A stretch of DNA of 32,000 bases, taken from positions 1,260,001-1,292,000 of the forward strand of contig NC_006576.1 in assembly GCF_000010065.1 (NCBI RefSeq), given 5' to 3'. The position numbers were made by a program, and so were the translations under genes. The stretch comes from Synechococcus elongatus PCC 6301. GTDB taxonomy: Bacteria > Cyanobacteriota > Cyanobacteriia > Synechococcales > Synechococcaceae. Within the stretch, counting starts at the first letter, position 1, and each line of letters begins with the position of its first letter. The notes under the pieces are model-generated. The model was given only the letters and a program-made list of their open reading frames with translations. It had not been told where the DNA came from and did no database searches. Below, piece after piece: positions 8,932-17,210 of the stretch.

Positions 8932-9573
8932 ATGGCCAGAGTTCGCGTTCGGCAGCACGTCAATCCGCTCTCTCAGAAATTCCAAGTGGTCACGACTTGG
9001 CCGGATTGGCAACAGGTCTATGCGGACTGCGATCGCCCGCTGCATTTGGATATTGGCTGTGCTCGCGGGCGCTTTCTGCTGGCAATGGCGACAGCACAAC
9101 CTGAGTGGAATTATCTGGGGCTGGAAATTCGTGAGCCGCTGGTAGATGAGGCGAACGCGATCGCCCGCGAACGTGAACTGACCAATCTCTACTACCACTT
9201 CAGCAACGCCAATTTGGACTTGGAACCGCTGCTGCGATCGCTGCCGACAGGGATTTTGCAGCGGGTCAGCATTCAGTTCCCGGATCCTTGGTTCAAGAAA
9301 CGCCATCAAAAGCGACGCGTCGTCCAGCCGGAACTGGTGCAAGCCCTCGCGACTGCGTTACCTGCTGGTGCAGAGGTCTTTCTGCAATCCGATGTGCTGG
9401 AAGTGCAGGCAGAGATGTGCGAACACTTTGCGGCGGAACCCCGCTTTCAGCGCACCTGCTTGGACTGGCTGCCGGAAAATCCGCTGCCCGTCCCGACCGA
9501 GCGCGAAATTGCCGTTCAAAACAAACAGTTGCCAGTCTACCGTGCTCTCTTCATTCGGCAGCCAGCGGACTAA
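8932..9573 (+). CDS. trmB: tRNA (guanine46-N7)-methyltransferase
   Basis: MARVRVRQHVNPL, HLDIGCARGRFL, IQFPDPWFKKRHQKRR. The track ORF begins at TTG 8920. ATG 8932 fits the family N-terminus better. Confidence 0.9.
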   Translation: MARVRVRQHVNPLSQKFQVVTTWPDWQQVYADCDRPLHLDIGCARGRFLLAMATAQPEWNYLGLEIREPLVDEANAIARERELTNLYYHFSNANLDLEPLLRSLPTGILQRVSIQFPDPWFKKRHQKRRVVQPELVQALATALPAGAEVFLQSDVLEVQAEMCEHFAAEPRFQRTCLDWLPENPLPVPTEREIAVQNKQLPVYRALFIRQPAD

Positions 9574-9603
9574 GCTCTTAAGGCAAGCGTTGACGCGATC
9601 GCG

Positions 9604-11007
9604 ATGACTGTCTGGCAAACTCTGACTTTTGCCCATTACCAACCCCAACAGTGGGGCCACAGCAGTTTCTTGCATCGGCTGTTTGGCAGCCTGCGAGCTT
9701 GGCGGGCCTCCAGCCAGCTGTTGGTTTGGTCTGAGGCACTGGGTGGCTTCTTGCTTGCTGTCGTCTACGGTTCGGCTCCGTTTGTGCCCAGTTCCGCCCT
9801 AGGGTTGGGGCTAGCCGCGATCGCGGCCTATTGGGCCCTGCTCTCGCTGACAGATATCGATCTGCGGCAAGCAACCCCCATTCACTGGCTGGTGCTGCTC
9901 TACTGGGGCGTCGATGCCCTAGCAACGGGACTCTCACCCGTACGCGCTGCAGCTTTAGTTGGGCTGGCCAAACTGACGCTCTACCTGTTGGTTTTTGCCC
10001 TAGCGGCTCGGGTTCTCCGCAATCCCCGTCTGCGATCGCTGCTGTTCTCGGTCGTCGTGATCACATCGCTTTTTGTCAGTGTCTACGGCCTCAACCAATG
10101 GATCTACGGCGTTGAAGAGCTGGCGACTTGGGTGGATCGCAACTCGGTTGCCGACTTCACCTCACGGGTTTACAGCTATCTGGGCAACCCCAACCTGCTG
10201 GCTGCTTATCTGGTGCCGACGACTGCCTTTTCTGCAGCAGCGATCGGGGTGTGGCGCGGCTGGCTCCCCAAGCTGCTGGCGATCGCTGCGACAGGTGCGA
10301 GCAGCTTATGTCTGATCCTCACCTACAGTCGCGGTGGCTGGCTGGGTTTTGTCGCCATGATTTTTGTCTGGGCGTTATTAGGGCTCTACTGGTTTCAACC
10401 CCGTCTACCCGCACCCTGGCGACGCTGGCTATTCCCAGTCGTATTGGGTGGACTAGTCGCGGTGCTCTTGGTGGCGGTGCTTGGACTTGAGCCGTTGCGC
10501 GTGCGCGTGTTGAGCATCTTTGTGGGGCGTGAAGACAGCAGCAACAACTTCCGGATCAATGTCTGGCTGGCGGTGCTGCAGATGATTCAAGATCGGCCTT
10601 GGCTGGGCATCGGCCCCGGCAATACCGCCTTTAACCTGGTTTATCCCCTCTATCAACAGGCGCGCTTTACGGCGTTGAGCGCCTACTCCGTCCCGCTGGA
10701 AGTCGCGGTTGAGGGCGGACTACTGGGCTTGACGGCCTTCGCTTGGCTGCTGCTGGTCACGGCGGTGACGGCGGTGCGGCAGGTGAGCCGACTGCGGCGC
10801 GATCGCAATCCCCAAGCCTTTTGGTTGATGGCTAGCTTGGCCGGTTTGGCAGGAATGCTGGGTCACGGTCTGTTTGATACCGTGCTCTATCGACCGGAAG
10901 CCAGTACGCTCTGGTGGCTCTGTATTGGAGCGATCGCGAGTTTCTGGCAGCCCCAACCTTCCAAGCAACTCCCTCCAGAAGCCGAGCATTCAGACGAAAA
11001 AATGTAG
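9604..11007 (+). CDS. ictB: IctB (O-antigen ligase/polymerase-like membrane protein, historically called an inorganic carbon transporter)
   Basis: 467-aa polytopic ORF. The N-terminus MTVWQTLTFAHYQPQQWGHSSFLHRLFGSLRAW matches my recollection of the published Synechococcus PCC 7942 IctB. O-antigen-ligase-like core LTYSRGGWLG. Confidence 0.88.
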   Translation: MTVWQTLTFAHYQPQQWGHSSFLHRLFGSLRAWRASSQLLVWSEALGGFLLAVVYGSAPFVPSSALGLGLAAIAAYWALLSLTDIDLRQATPIHWLVLLYWGVDALATGLSPVRAAALVGLAKLTLYLLVFALAARVLRNPRLRSLLFSVVVITSLFVSVYGLNQWIYGVEELATWVDRNSVADFTSRVYSYLGNPNLLAAYLVPTTAFSAAAIGVWRGWLPKLLAIAATGASSLCLILTYSRGGWLGFVAMIFVWALLGLYWFQPRLPAPWRRWLFPVVLGGLVAVLLVAVLGLEPLRVRVLSIFVGREDSSNNFRINVWLAVLQMIQDRPWLGIGPGNTAFNLVYPLYQQARFTALSAYSVPLEVAVEGGLLGLTAFAWLLLVTAVTAVRQVSRLRRDRNPQAFWLMASLAGLAGMLGHGLFDTVLYRPEASTLWWLCIGAIASFWQPQPSKQLPPEAEHSDEKM

Positions 11008-11330
11008 CGGGCTCCCCAACAAATTCCTGTGCACCCGACTGGATCCACCACCTAACCTGGATCCCAAAGGTATCCGGTGGATCTAGGGTCATAACGAACT
11101 CCGACCGCGATCGCGTCCGCGAACTGAACCTCCATCGCACCGAAGCGATTCGTTATCGTGAAGAGCCAATGCTAGAGCGGGCTGCCGAAGCAGTTGGGCT
11201 GGAAGCAGGCTCAGAAGCCACCCGCATCCAAGGCAAAGTTCAGCCGACCTTCCGCAAAGACTACGATCGCCACGGCGGCTCTGCCAGCTAAGTCAGCGCT
11301 GGGTTAGTTGTCATAGCAGTCCGCAGACAA

Positions 11331-11554
11331 GTTAGGACAACTTCATAGAGGGACTCGCTCAGAGTCAACAGCCGCTGTCCGTGGGGGTGCGCAATCACCC
11401 CCACACCCACGCACTGGGGGACTCGACTCCCCCAGGCCCCCCGCAACAAGATTTCGGATAAGGGGCATCGGCTGAATCGCGATCGCTGCGGGTAAAACTA
11501 GCCGGTGTTAGCCATGGGTTTGAGACTAATCGGCACGGGGCAAAACGTCCTGAT
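11331..11554 (+). repeat. Copy A of a ~224-nt dispersed intergenic element (MITE-like or structured RNA); partner at 23491-23714
   Basis: Hand alignment to the reverse complement of 23491-23714 shows identical blocks of 13, 10, 13, 11, 9 and 23 nt at matching spacing. Internal hairpins at 11381-11404 and 11414-11435. The strand label only marks orientation relative to copy B. Confidence 0.7.
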
Positions 11555-11735
11555 TTATTTGCTCAATGTGATAGGTTACATCGTCAAAAACAAGGCCCAA
11601 GAGGTAGGAAAAATCACGACCGCCCAAGTCCGAGGGCTTTGCTGTTGGGAGCGACCTAGGGCAGACTAGACAGAGCATTGCTGTGAGCCAAAGCGCTTCA
11701 ATTGCTGCGGCTGTGGGTTTTTCGGAGGTTGCCAA

Positions 11736-11960
11736 ATGAAAGACTTTTTCGTCAATGTCCTCCGCTATCCCCGCTACTTCATCACCTTCCTGCTGGGTAT
11801 TTTTTACTCGATCTACCAGTGGGTGCGGCCGATGGTTCGCAACCCAGTCGCGGCTTGGGCGCTGCTAGGCTTTGGAGTTTCGACATTGGCGTTCTTGAGT
11901 TTGACGCTGCGGGCCATGTTGGGACAGGCAATCGGCGAGCCTGGCAGTCTGGGCGGTTAG
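11736..11960 (+). CDS. Ycf33/DUF751-like small membrane protein
   Basis: 74 aa. MKDFFVNVLRYPRYFITFLLGIF resembles the family N-terminus. GGAGG lies 7 nt upstream of the ATG. Two hydrophobic helices. Confidence 0.7.
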   Translation: MKDFFVNVLRYPRYFITFLLGIFYSIYQWVRPMVRNPVAAWALLGFGVSTLAFLSLTLRAMLGQAIGEPGSLGG

Positions 11961-12011
11961 GCTGGGACAGAGAAGCAATAACTGCAAAGCAGGCAAAGAG
12001 GGCGAAGGACG

Positions 12012-12425
12012 ATGGCAACCAATCGTCGGGTAGAACGAGTCGCGTCACTGATTAAGCGCGAAGTCAGTCAGATGTTGATGAGCGGTATTAAGGACGATCG
12101 CGTTGGGGCAGGCATGGTCAGCGTCACCGATGTGGTGGTATCGGGCGACCTGCAACACACCAAGATTTTCGTCAGCATCTACGGCACGCCCGAAGCCAAA
12201 GCCGAAACGATGGAAGGGCTGAAATCAGCTGCTTCCTATGTGCGCAGTGAGCTAGGGCAACGGGTTCGTCTGCGGCGCACGCCCGAAGTGATCTTTGTGG
12301 AAGACAAAGGGTTGGAGCGCGGTACGCAAGTGATTTCGCTACTGGAACAATTGACGCGGGAGCGCGAAGCTCGCGAAGCGGCTCAGGCTGCGGCTGGTGT
12401 TGTGGACTCGACTGAAGACGCTTGA
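12012..12425 (+). CDS. rbfA: Ribosome-binding factor A
   Basis: [27 protein letters not shown] ... [26 protein letters not shown] precedes the ATG. Confidence 0.92.
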
Positions 12426-14050
12426 GCGATCGCTTCCTACCGGATTGGCAGACACTGAGCCTAGAGCAGCAGATTGCCCAGTTGCTGGTGGTGCGTACTT
12501 CTGGCGCGTACTTCGATAGTCAAATCGCCTATCCGCAGTACGAAGCGCTCCGCGATCGCCTCCAGCATTGGATTGGTGAGTTGGGAGTTGGTGGGGTCAT
12601 TCTGCTGGGTGGCAATGCTGCCGAAGTGGCGCTGCGCTGTCAGCAGTTGCAGGAGTGGTCACGCGTACCGCTGTTGATAGCAGCAGATATTGAGGAAGGA
12701 GTTGGTCAGCGCTTTGCTGGTGCAGTCCAGTTTCCGCCACCACTAGCGCTGTCTGCGATCGCTGCACAAGATCCGGAGCGTGCTCAACAACTGGCTCGAT
12801 CATTTGGTGAAATTACCGCGACAGAAGCGATCGCGATCAGGCTGAACTGGGTTCTCGCCCCGATCGTGGATATCAACAACAATCCCGCGAACCCCGTCAT
12901 TAACGTCCGCGCCTTTGGGGAAGATCCAGAAACCGTTAGCCAACTAACGACGGCGTTCATCGCTGGTGCGCAGCAATTTCCTGTGTTGACCACCGCCAAG
13001 CATTTTCCGGGCCATGGCGACACGGCGACAGATTCGCATCTGGAATTGCCGCAAATTCCCCACGATCGATCGCGGTTAGAGGCGGTAGAGTTGGAACCCT
13101 TCCGCCGCGCGATCGCCGCTGGCGTAGATGCGGTGATGACGGCACATCTCTCGATTCCTGCACTCGATCCTGACTATCCGGCGACACTTTCACCTGCTGT
13201 TTTACAAGGTTTACTGCGGCGTGAGCTGGGTTTTGAAGGGCTGATTGTCACCGATGCCTTGGTGATGCAAGCGATCGCCGCACATTACGGCCCCGGAGAA
13301 GCAGCACGACTGGCCTTTGAAGCGGGCGCGGATATTCTGCTGATGCCGGTTGACCCAGAAGCGGCGATTCAAGAAATTGCCAAAGCTATTCGAGAAGGAC
13401 AGATTACTTACGATCGCCTGGAACAATCACTCGCACGGATTTGGCGAGCCAAACAGAAGGTCTGCGGAGCACGGCCTGCTTCATTCTTGCCTCATGCCTG
13501 GGAACAGGAACCGGCGATCGCAATTGATTTAGAAGCGGTTTCTCAACCCAAACATTGGGCGATCGCGGCAGAAATCCTAACTGCTTCACAAGAGCAACAA
13601 GGTCAACCCTTAGCTCCGACAGCAGGAGTCAATCTGATCGTCGGCGATCGCCTTCTACAAGCCCCTTACTTGAGTGGTACAGCAGCAGCGCGACAACTTC
13701 CCAGCCAACATGGGTTGCGCTTACAAATTTGGGATACCGAAACCGGCACAACACCAACCCTGACAGAACCAACGTTGGTGCAGTGGTTTATTCGCGGTAA
13801 TCCATTTCGGGGCAGTGCCGGCGCGGATCAAGTCGTGGAACGATTGTTGCGGCAACTGCTCACACAGGATCAGCTACTGGGCTTAGTGATTTACGGTAGT
13901 CCTTACATTTGGCAGCAATGGCGATCGCAACTTCCACACGATCTACCCGCCATCTTTTCCTACGGACAGACTGCTCAGGCGCAAGCGATCGCCCTACAAT
14001 CAATTGTTCAATCTATAGATTGCTCGCAAGCCAAGGAATTCACAACCTAA
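12422..14050 (+). CDS. nagZ: Beta-N-acetylhexosaminidase (glycoside hydrolase family 3, NagZ-like) with a C-terminal extension
   Basis: [14 protein letters not shown] signature plus the GH3 N-domain pattern. The only plausible start is TTG 12422, which overlaps the rbfA stop (TTGA). Confidence 0.85.
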
Positions 14051-14109
14051 ACAATCAACGCAATCCCACGCAGAGCTTCCTTCTCTAATACTTCCAATCA
14101 TTAATAGCC

Positions 14110-14346
14110 TTAATAATTAACAGATCGACGTGGAAGTTTATTTGCAATTTCATATAGATATTCTTGTGAAAGAGTATCAGAAAGGCCAGCTACTGCAATA
14201 AGCGCTATAAAGTTAAAGAAAAAGCCTGCAAGAAACCACGAAGTGGTGTTGTGTCCTTTAGAGCCTGCAACAGTTGAGCAGAACAATCCAAAGATACAGC
14301 CAGCGGTTGCCCATGAAATAAAGAAGGTAATCAGTAGTTCTTGCAT
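14110..14346 (-). CDS. Small two-TM membrane protein of unknown function inside a low-GC islet
   Basis: 78-aa ATG ORF. Two hydrophobic helices (LLITFFISWATAGCIFGLFCSTVA and WFLAGFFFNFIALIAVAGL). It is the only ORF in a ~30% GC, HIP1-free stretch. Confidence 0.5.
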   Translation of the reverse strand: MQELLITFFISWATAGCIFGLFCSTVAGSKGHNTTSWFLAGFFFNFIALIAVAGLSDTLSQEYLYEIANKLPRRSVNY

Positions 14347-14449
14347 GGTCTATTTTAATTGCAAATTGATCAATATTTAATGTATCTCAGAAGAACAGAA
14401 AATTAAACTCTATAAACGATTATTTAAAGTCTAAAAACAAAACACTACA

Positions 14450-15412
14450 TTACATTGTCAAGCTATTGTGCGGCTGCACTGCTTCCGATTGGCGCTGAGC
14501 TTGCGATCGCCAGATCACGGCTAGGAAGCTGCCAACCAGCGAATGCATGACCCCAGAGATCGCACCAATTGCGGCGGCGAGTGGTAACAGCGGAAAGGCT
14601 TGCCGAGCCAAGATAATTGCCAAACCGGAGTTTTGCATCCCGACTTCAATCGCGATCGTGCGAGCGATCGCTTGGGAATAGCCAAAGAGTTTGGCAAAAC
14701 CAAAACCGAGGGCAAACCCGAGGCTATGCAGCAAAAAGACCCCCAGCAGCATCTGCCGTCCCTGCTGCACAATCGCCTCGGCATTGGCCGAGAAAGTGGC
14801 AGCACAGATCAGGCAAATTCCCACCACGGATAGCAACGGTGCGATCGGGAGAACCTGCCGTACGAGTCGCGGTGTCCAACGGTTCAAAGCAACCCCGATC
14901 GCCACCGGCAGAATCACCACTTGCAAGGTTTGGGCAAACAGGAGCCAGCCATTGACCGGCACATAGGCACCCGCCAGGAACTGAGTCAGCAAGGGCGTCA
15001 TCACCACGGCAGCTAGGGTTGAAGCCAGCGTCATCACCACCGACAGTGCCACATCAGCCCGCGCGATGTAGGTAATCAAATTCGAGGCCGTGCCACCAGG
15101 ACAGGTGCCGACCAAAATCAGGCCCACAGCTAGCGCGGTCGGAAGTTGCAATGCAGCCCCGATCGCCCACCCTAGGAACGGCATAATCAAGTACTGGGCG
15201 CAAAAGCCCGTCAAGACGGCTCTTGGCAGGCGACTCACTCGTTGAAAGTCGTCGAGGCTGAGGGTCAAACCCATCCCCAGCATCACCAGAGTCAAGATCA
15301 AGACCGGCAGATTTCCCTGATTCAGCCCAATGAAAATCTGCGGCCAGCGCAGCGCGATCGCGCCAATCAACAGCAGCCAAAACGGGAACAGATTGGTGAG
15401 GCGATCGGCCAT
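14450..15412 (-). CDS. Bile acid:Na+ symporter (BASS/SBF) family transporter, paralog 2
   Basis: GTCPGGTASNLITYIARADVALS and IEVGMQNSGLAIILA. ATG 15412 (MADRLTNLFPFW) is preferred over GTG 15424. Confidence 0.85.
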   Translation of the reverse strand: MADRLTNLFPFWLLLIGAIALRWPQIFIGLNQGNLPVLILTLVMLGMGLTLSLDDFQRVSRLPRAVLTGFCAQYLIMPFLGWAIGAALQLPTALAVGLILVGTCPGGTASNLITYIARADVALSVVMTLASTLAAVVMTPLLTQFLAGAYVPVNGWLLFAQTLQVVILPVAIGVALNRWTPRLVRQVLPIAPLLSVVGICLICAATFSANAEAIVQQGRQMLLGVFLLHSLGFALGFGFAKLFGYSQAIARTIAIEVGMQNSGLAIILARQAFPLLPLAAAIGAISGVMHSLVGSFLAVIWRSQAQRQSEAVQPHNSLTM

Positions 15413-15531
15413 AGTTCTCTGCACACTCTGGCTAGAGACTGAGTGAACAGATGGCGATCGTCAAGCATCAGTCCAGGTTTCTCTGCAAAATCGCCACAAT
15501 AGAGAGCGATCGCTCTTGTTTAATCGCTGCC

Positions 15532-16059
15532 ATGACTGCTGCTGCCCCAACTCTCTCGCGTCGTCGTCTCCTGCTCGGTTTGGTCAGTGCTGGCGCTGGG
15601 GCGGGGGGATTTCTGTTCTGGCGTCAGTCGCGATCGCCGCTTTCCAGCACGGATGCTGTCTATCCCATGCAGCTAAGTGAGGCTGAATGGCAGCAACGCT
15701 TGTCTCCCGAGGCCTATGCAGTCCTGCGGGAAGCCGCGACAGAACGGCCTTTTACAAGCGATCTTTTGGCAGAAAAACGAGTCGGTCAATACTGCTGCGC
15801 TGGCTGCGAGCAGCCTTTGTTTGAGTCCGCCGCCAAGTATGAGAGTGGAACGGGCTGGCCCAGTTTTCGCGAAGCGATCGCGGGCAGTCTCGGTTTCCAA
15901 ACCGACTACAAACTAGTGGTTCCGCGCACGGAATACCACTGCAGCCGCTGCGGTGGACACCAAGGCCATGTTTTCAACGATGGACCCGCCCCCACCGGCA
16001 AACGCTTCTGCAACAACGGCGTGGCGATCGCCTTCGTACCCGCTGCTGATCAGGGCTGA
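15532..16059 (+). CDS. msrB: Peptide-methionine (R)-S-oxide reductase MsrB with a twin-arginine-type N-terminal signal
   Basis: CAGCEQPLFESAAKYESGTGWPSF and HCSRCGGHQGHVFNDGPAPTGKRFCNNG. N-terminus is MTAAAPTLSRRRLLLGLVSAGAGAGG. An alternative upstream ATG lies at 15451. Confidence 0.88.
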   Translation: MTAAAPTLSRRRLLLGLVSAGAGAGGFLFWRQSRSPLSSTDAVYPMQLSEAEWQQRLSPEAYAVLREAATERPFTSDLLAEKRVGQYCCAGCEQPLFESAAKYESGTGWPSFREAIAGSLGFQTDYKLVVPRTEYHCSRCGGHQGHVFNDGPAPTGKRFCNNGVAIAFVPAADQG

Positions 16060-17183
16060 TTAGGGCGCCGCACCACGGCTTCACCTGCGGGCGACTCACT
16101 GACGGGCAACAGTGGCAAAGATTTGAGATCCGTGACTTGCTCTTGCAGAGCACCAGTCGAAGACAGCAGCCGGCCCAGACTGTTGATCAAGCGCCGAATG
16201 TTTTCAATCACCGCAGGGTCGCCGGTCAGACGGTTGAGGTCTGTGGTGATTTTCTGTGCATTTTGAAAGGTAATCCGAGCCGAATCCAAGGTCTGTTGCA
16301 AGGTCAACAGATTCTCAGGCGAGTTCAAGGCCGTTGAGACATCGCGGATATTGCGCGAAGCCACCGCTAGGTTGGCGGACAGTTCATTTAAGTTGTCGAC
16401 CAGCTTGCCGCTATTCGCCTTGTCAATTGCTGGTTCCAGGCTGTTCAGAATGTCTTGCAGTTCCTGACTGGAACTTTCGAGATTAGTCAGAGTCGTGCGC
16501 ACAGACTGTCGGTTTTCAGCGATTGCGGCTTCCACTTGACTCGCCGCCCCTTGGGCAGCATTTAAGGTCTCACGCAGGGGCGGGATCTGTTGCTGCAGTG
16601 AGCTACTGAGTTGGCGAATACTGCGAGCGGCTTCGCTGGCATCGCGACTGGTTTGACTGAGGGTATTGACTAGCTTGGCCTGCTCAATCTCCGAGACCAG
16701 CGTGGCGATCGAGGTCAGGATGCTGGCAAAACTAGCGGACTGCGCTCCCTCGACAACGCTGCCATTGCAAAGAATCACGGCGCGATCGCAGTTAGGCGAT
16801 CGCGGCTGGGTTTTAGCCAGAACCTCAGCAGGAATGTTGCGCTTGGGCTCAATCGTCAGGTTGGGACTACCCAGCAATGACGAGATCTGCGCGGAAATGA
16901 CAGAATCGCGGGGAATTGCCAGACTGGCTGGCTGAATCTGGATGCGGACCAGAACACTGTTGCTCTGGGCAGTGATGTCTATGACTTGGCCGACCTGAAC
17001 GCCGCGGTAGATCACTGGCGTCCCAACGGTCAGTCCGGCCGTATCGTTAAATTCCACAATGACGTCATAGCGGTCTTGGCCTAAGCTGACGCCTCGCAGC
17101 CAAAAGATGAGACCCGCCAAAGCACCGACTCCGGCCACGAGCATGAGGCCCACACTGCCTTCTCGGACCACCCGCGATCGCAT
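16050..17183 (-). CDS. MCE/MlaD-family (TGD2-like) substrate-binding protein with a long helical C-terminal region
   Basis: N-terminal TM helix, then the MCE core VIVEFNDTAGLTVGTPVIYRGVQVGQVIDI, then ~220 aa of coiled-coil-like sequence. The 3' end overlaps msrB by 10 nt. Confidence 0.8.
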   Translation of the reverse strand: MRSRVVREGSVGLMLVAGVGALAGLIFWLRGVSLGQDRYDVIVEFNDTAGLTVGTPVIYRGVQVGQVIDITAQSNSVLVRIQIQPASLAIPRDSVISAQISSLLGSPNLTIEPKRNIPAEVLAKTQPRSPNCDRAVILCNGSVVEGAQSASFASILTSIATLVSEIEQAKLVNTLSQTSRDASEAARSIRQLSSSLQQQIPPLRETLNAAQGAASQVEAAIAENRQSVRTTLTNLESSSQELQDILNSLEPAIDKANSGKLVDNLNELSANLAVASRNIRDVSTALNSPENLLTLQQTLDSARITFQNAQKITTDLNRLTGDPAVIENIRRLINSLGRLLSSTGALQEQVTDLKSLPLLPVSESPAGEAVVRRPNQP

Positions 17184-17210
17184 CGTTACTGTTCCTCCGG
17201 TTGATCGAGG

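Noticed and set aside
10914-11291. 125-aa track ORF overlapping the last 94 nt of ictB.
   Set aside because: The first ~60 codons run through the ictB 3' end in another frame and through a nested palindrome. Only the distal part looks coding, which is treated as a separate finding.
11331-11554. Considered whether the repeated elements are DGR template/variable repeats, retron msr/msd, a CRISPR leader or repeats, or a group I/II intron fragment.
   Set aside because: There is no reverse transcriptase, cas gene or intron-encoded ORF nearby. Mismatches between copies are not adenine-specific. There are no short direct repeat-spacer arrays. There is no group II domain V-like sequence.
11514-11735. 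Two mutually antisense small ORFs in the gap before the ycf33-like gene. One is a plus-strand 51-aa ORF (11514-11669, MGLRLIGTGQNVLIYLLNVIGYIVKNK...). The other is the 69-aa minus-strand track ORF (11526-11735).
   Set aside because: The plus ORF starts inside element copy A at an ATG that copy B does not conserve, and it uses several rare codons (AGA, CTA, ATA, AGG). The minus ORF has no SD and a non-descript sequence. Neither can be supported from sequence alone.
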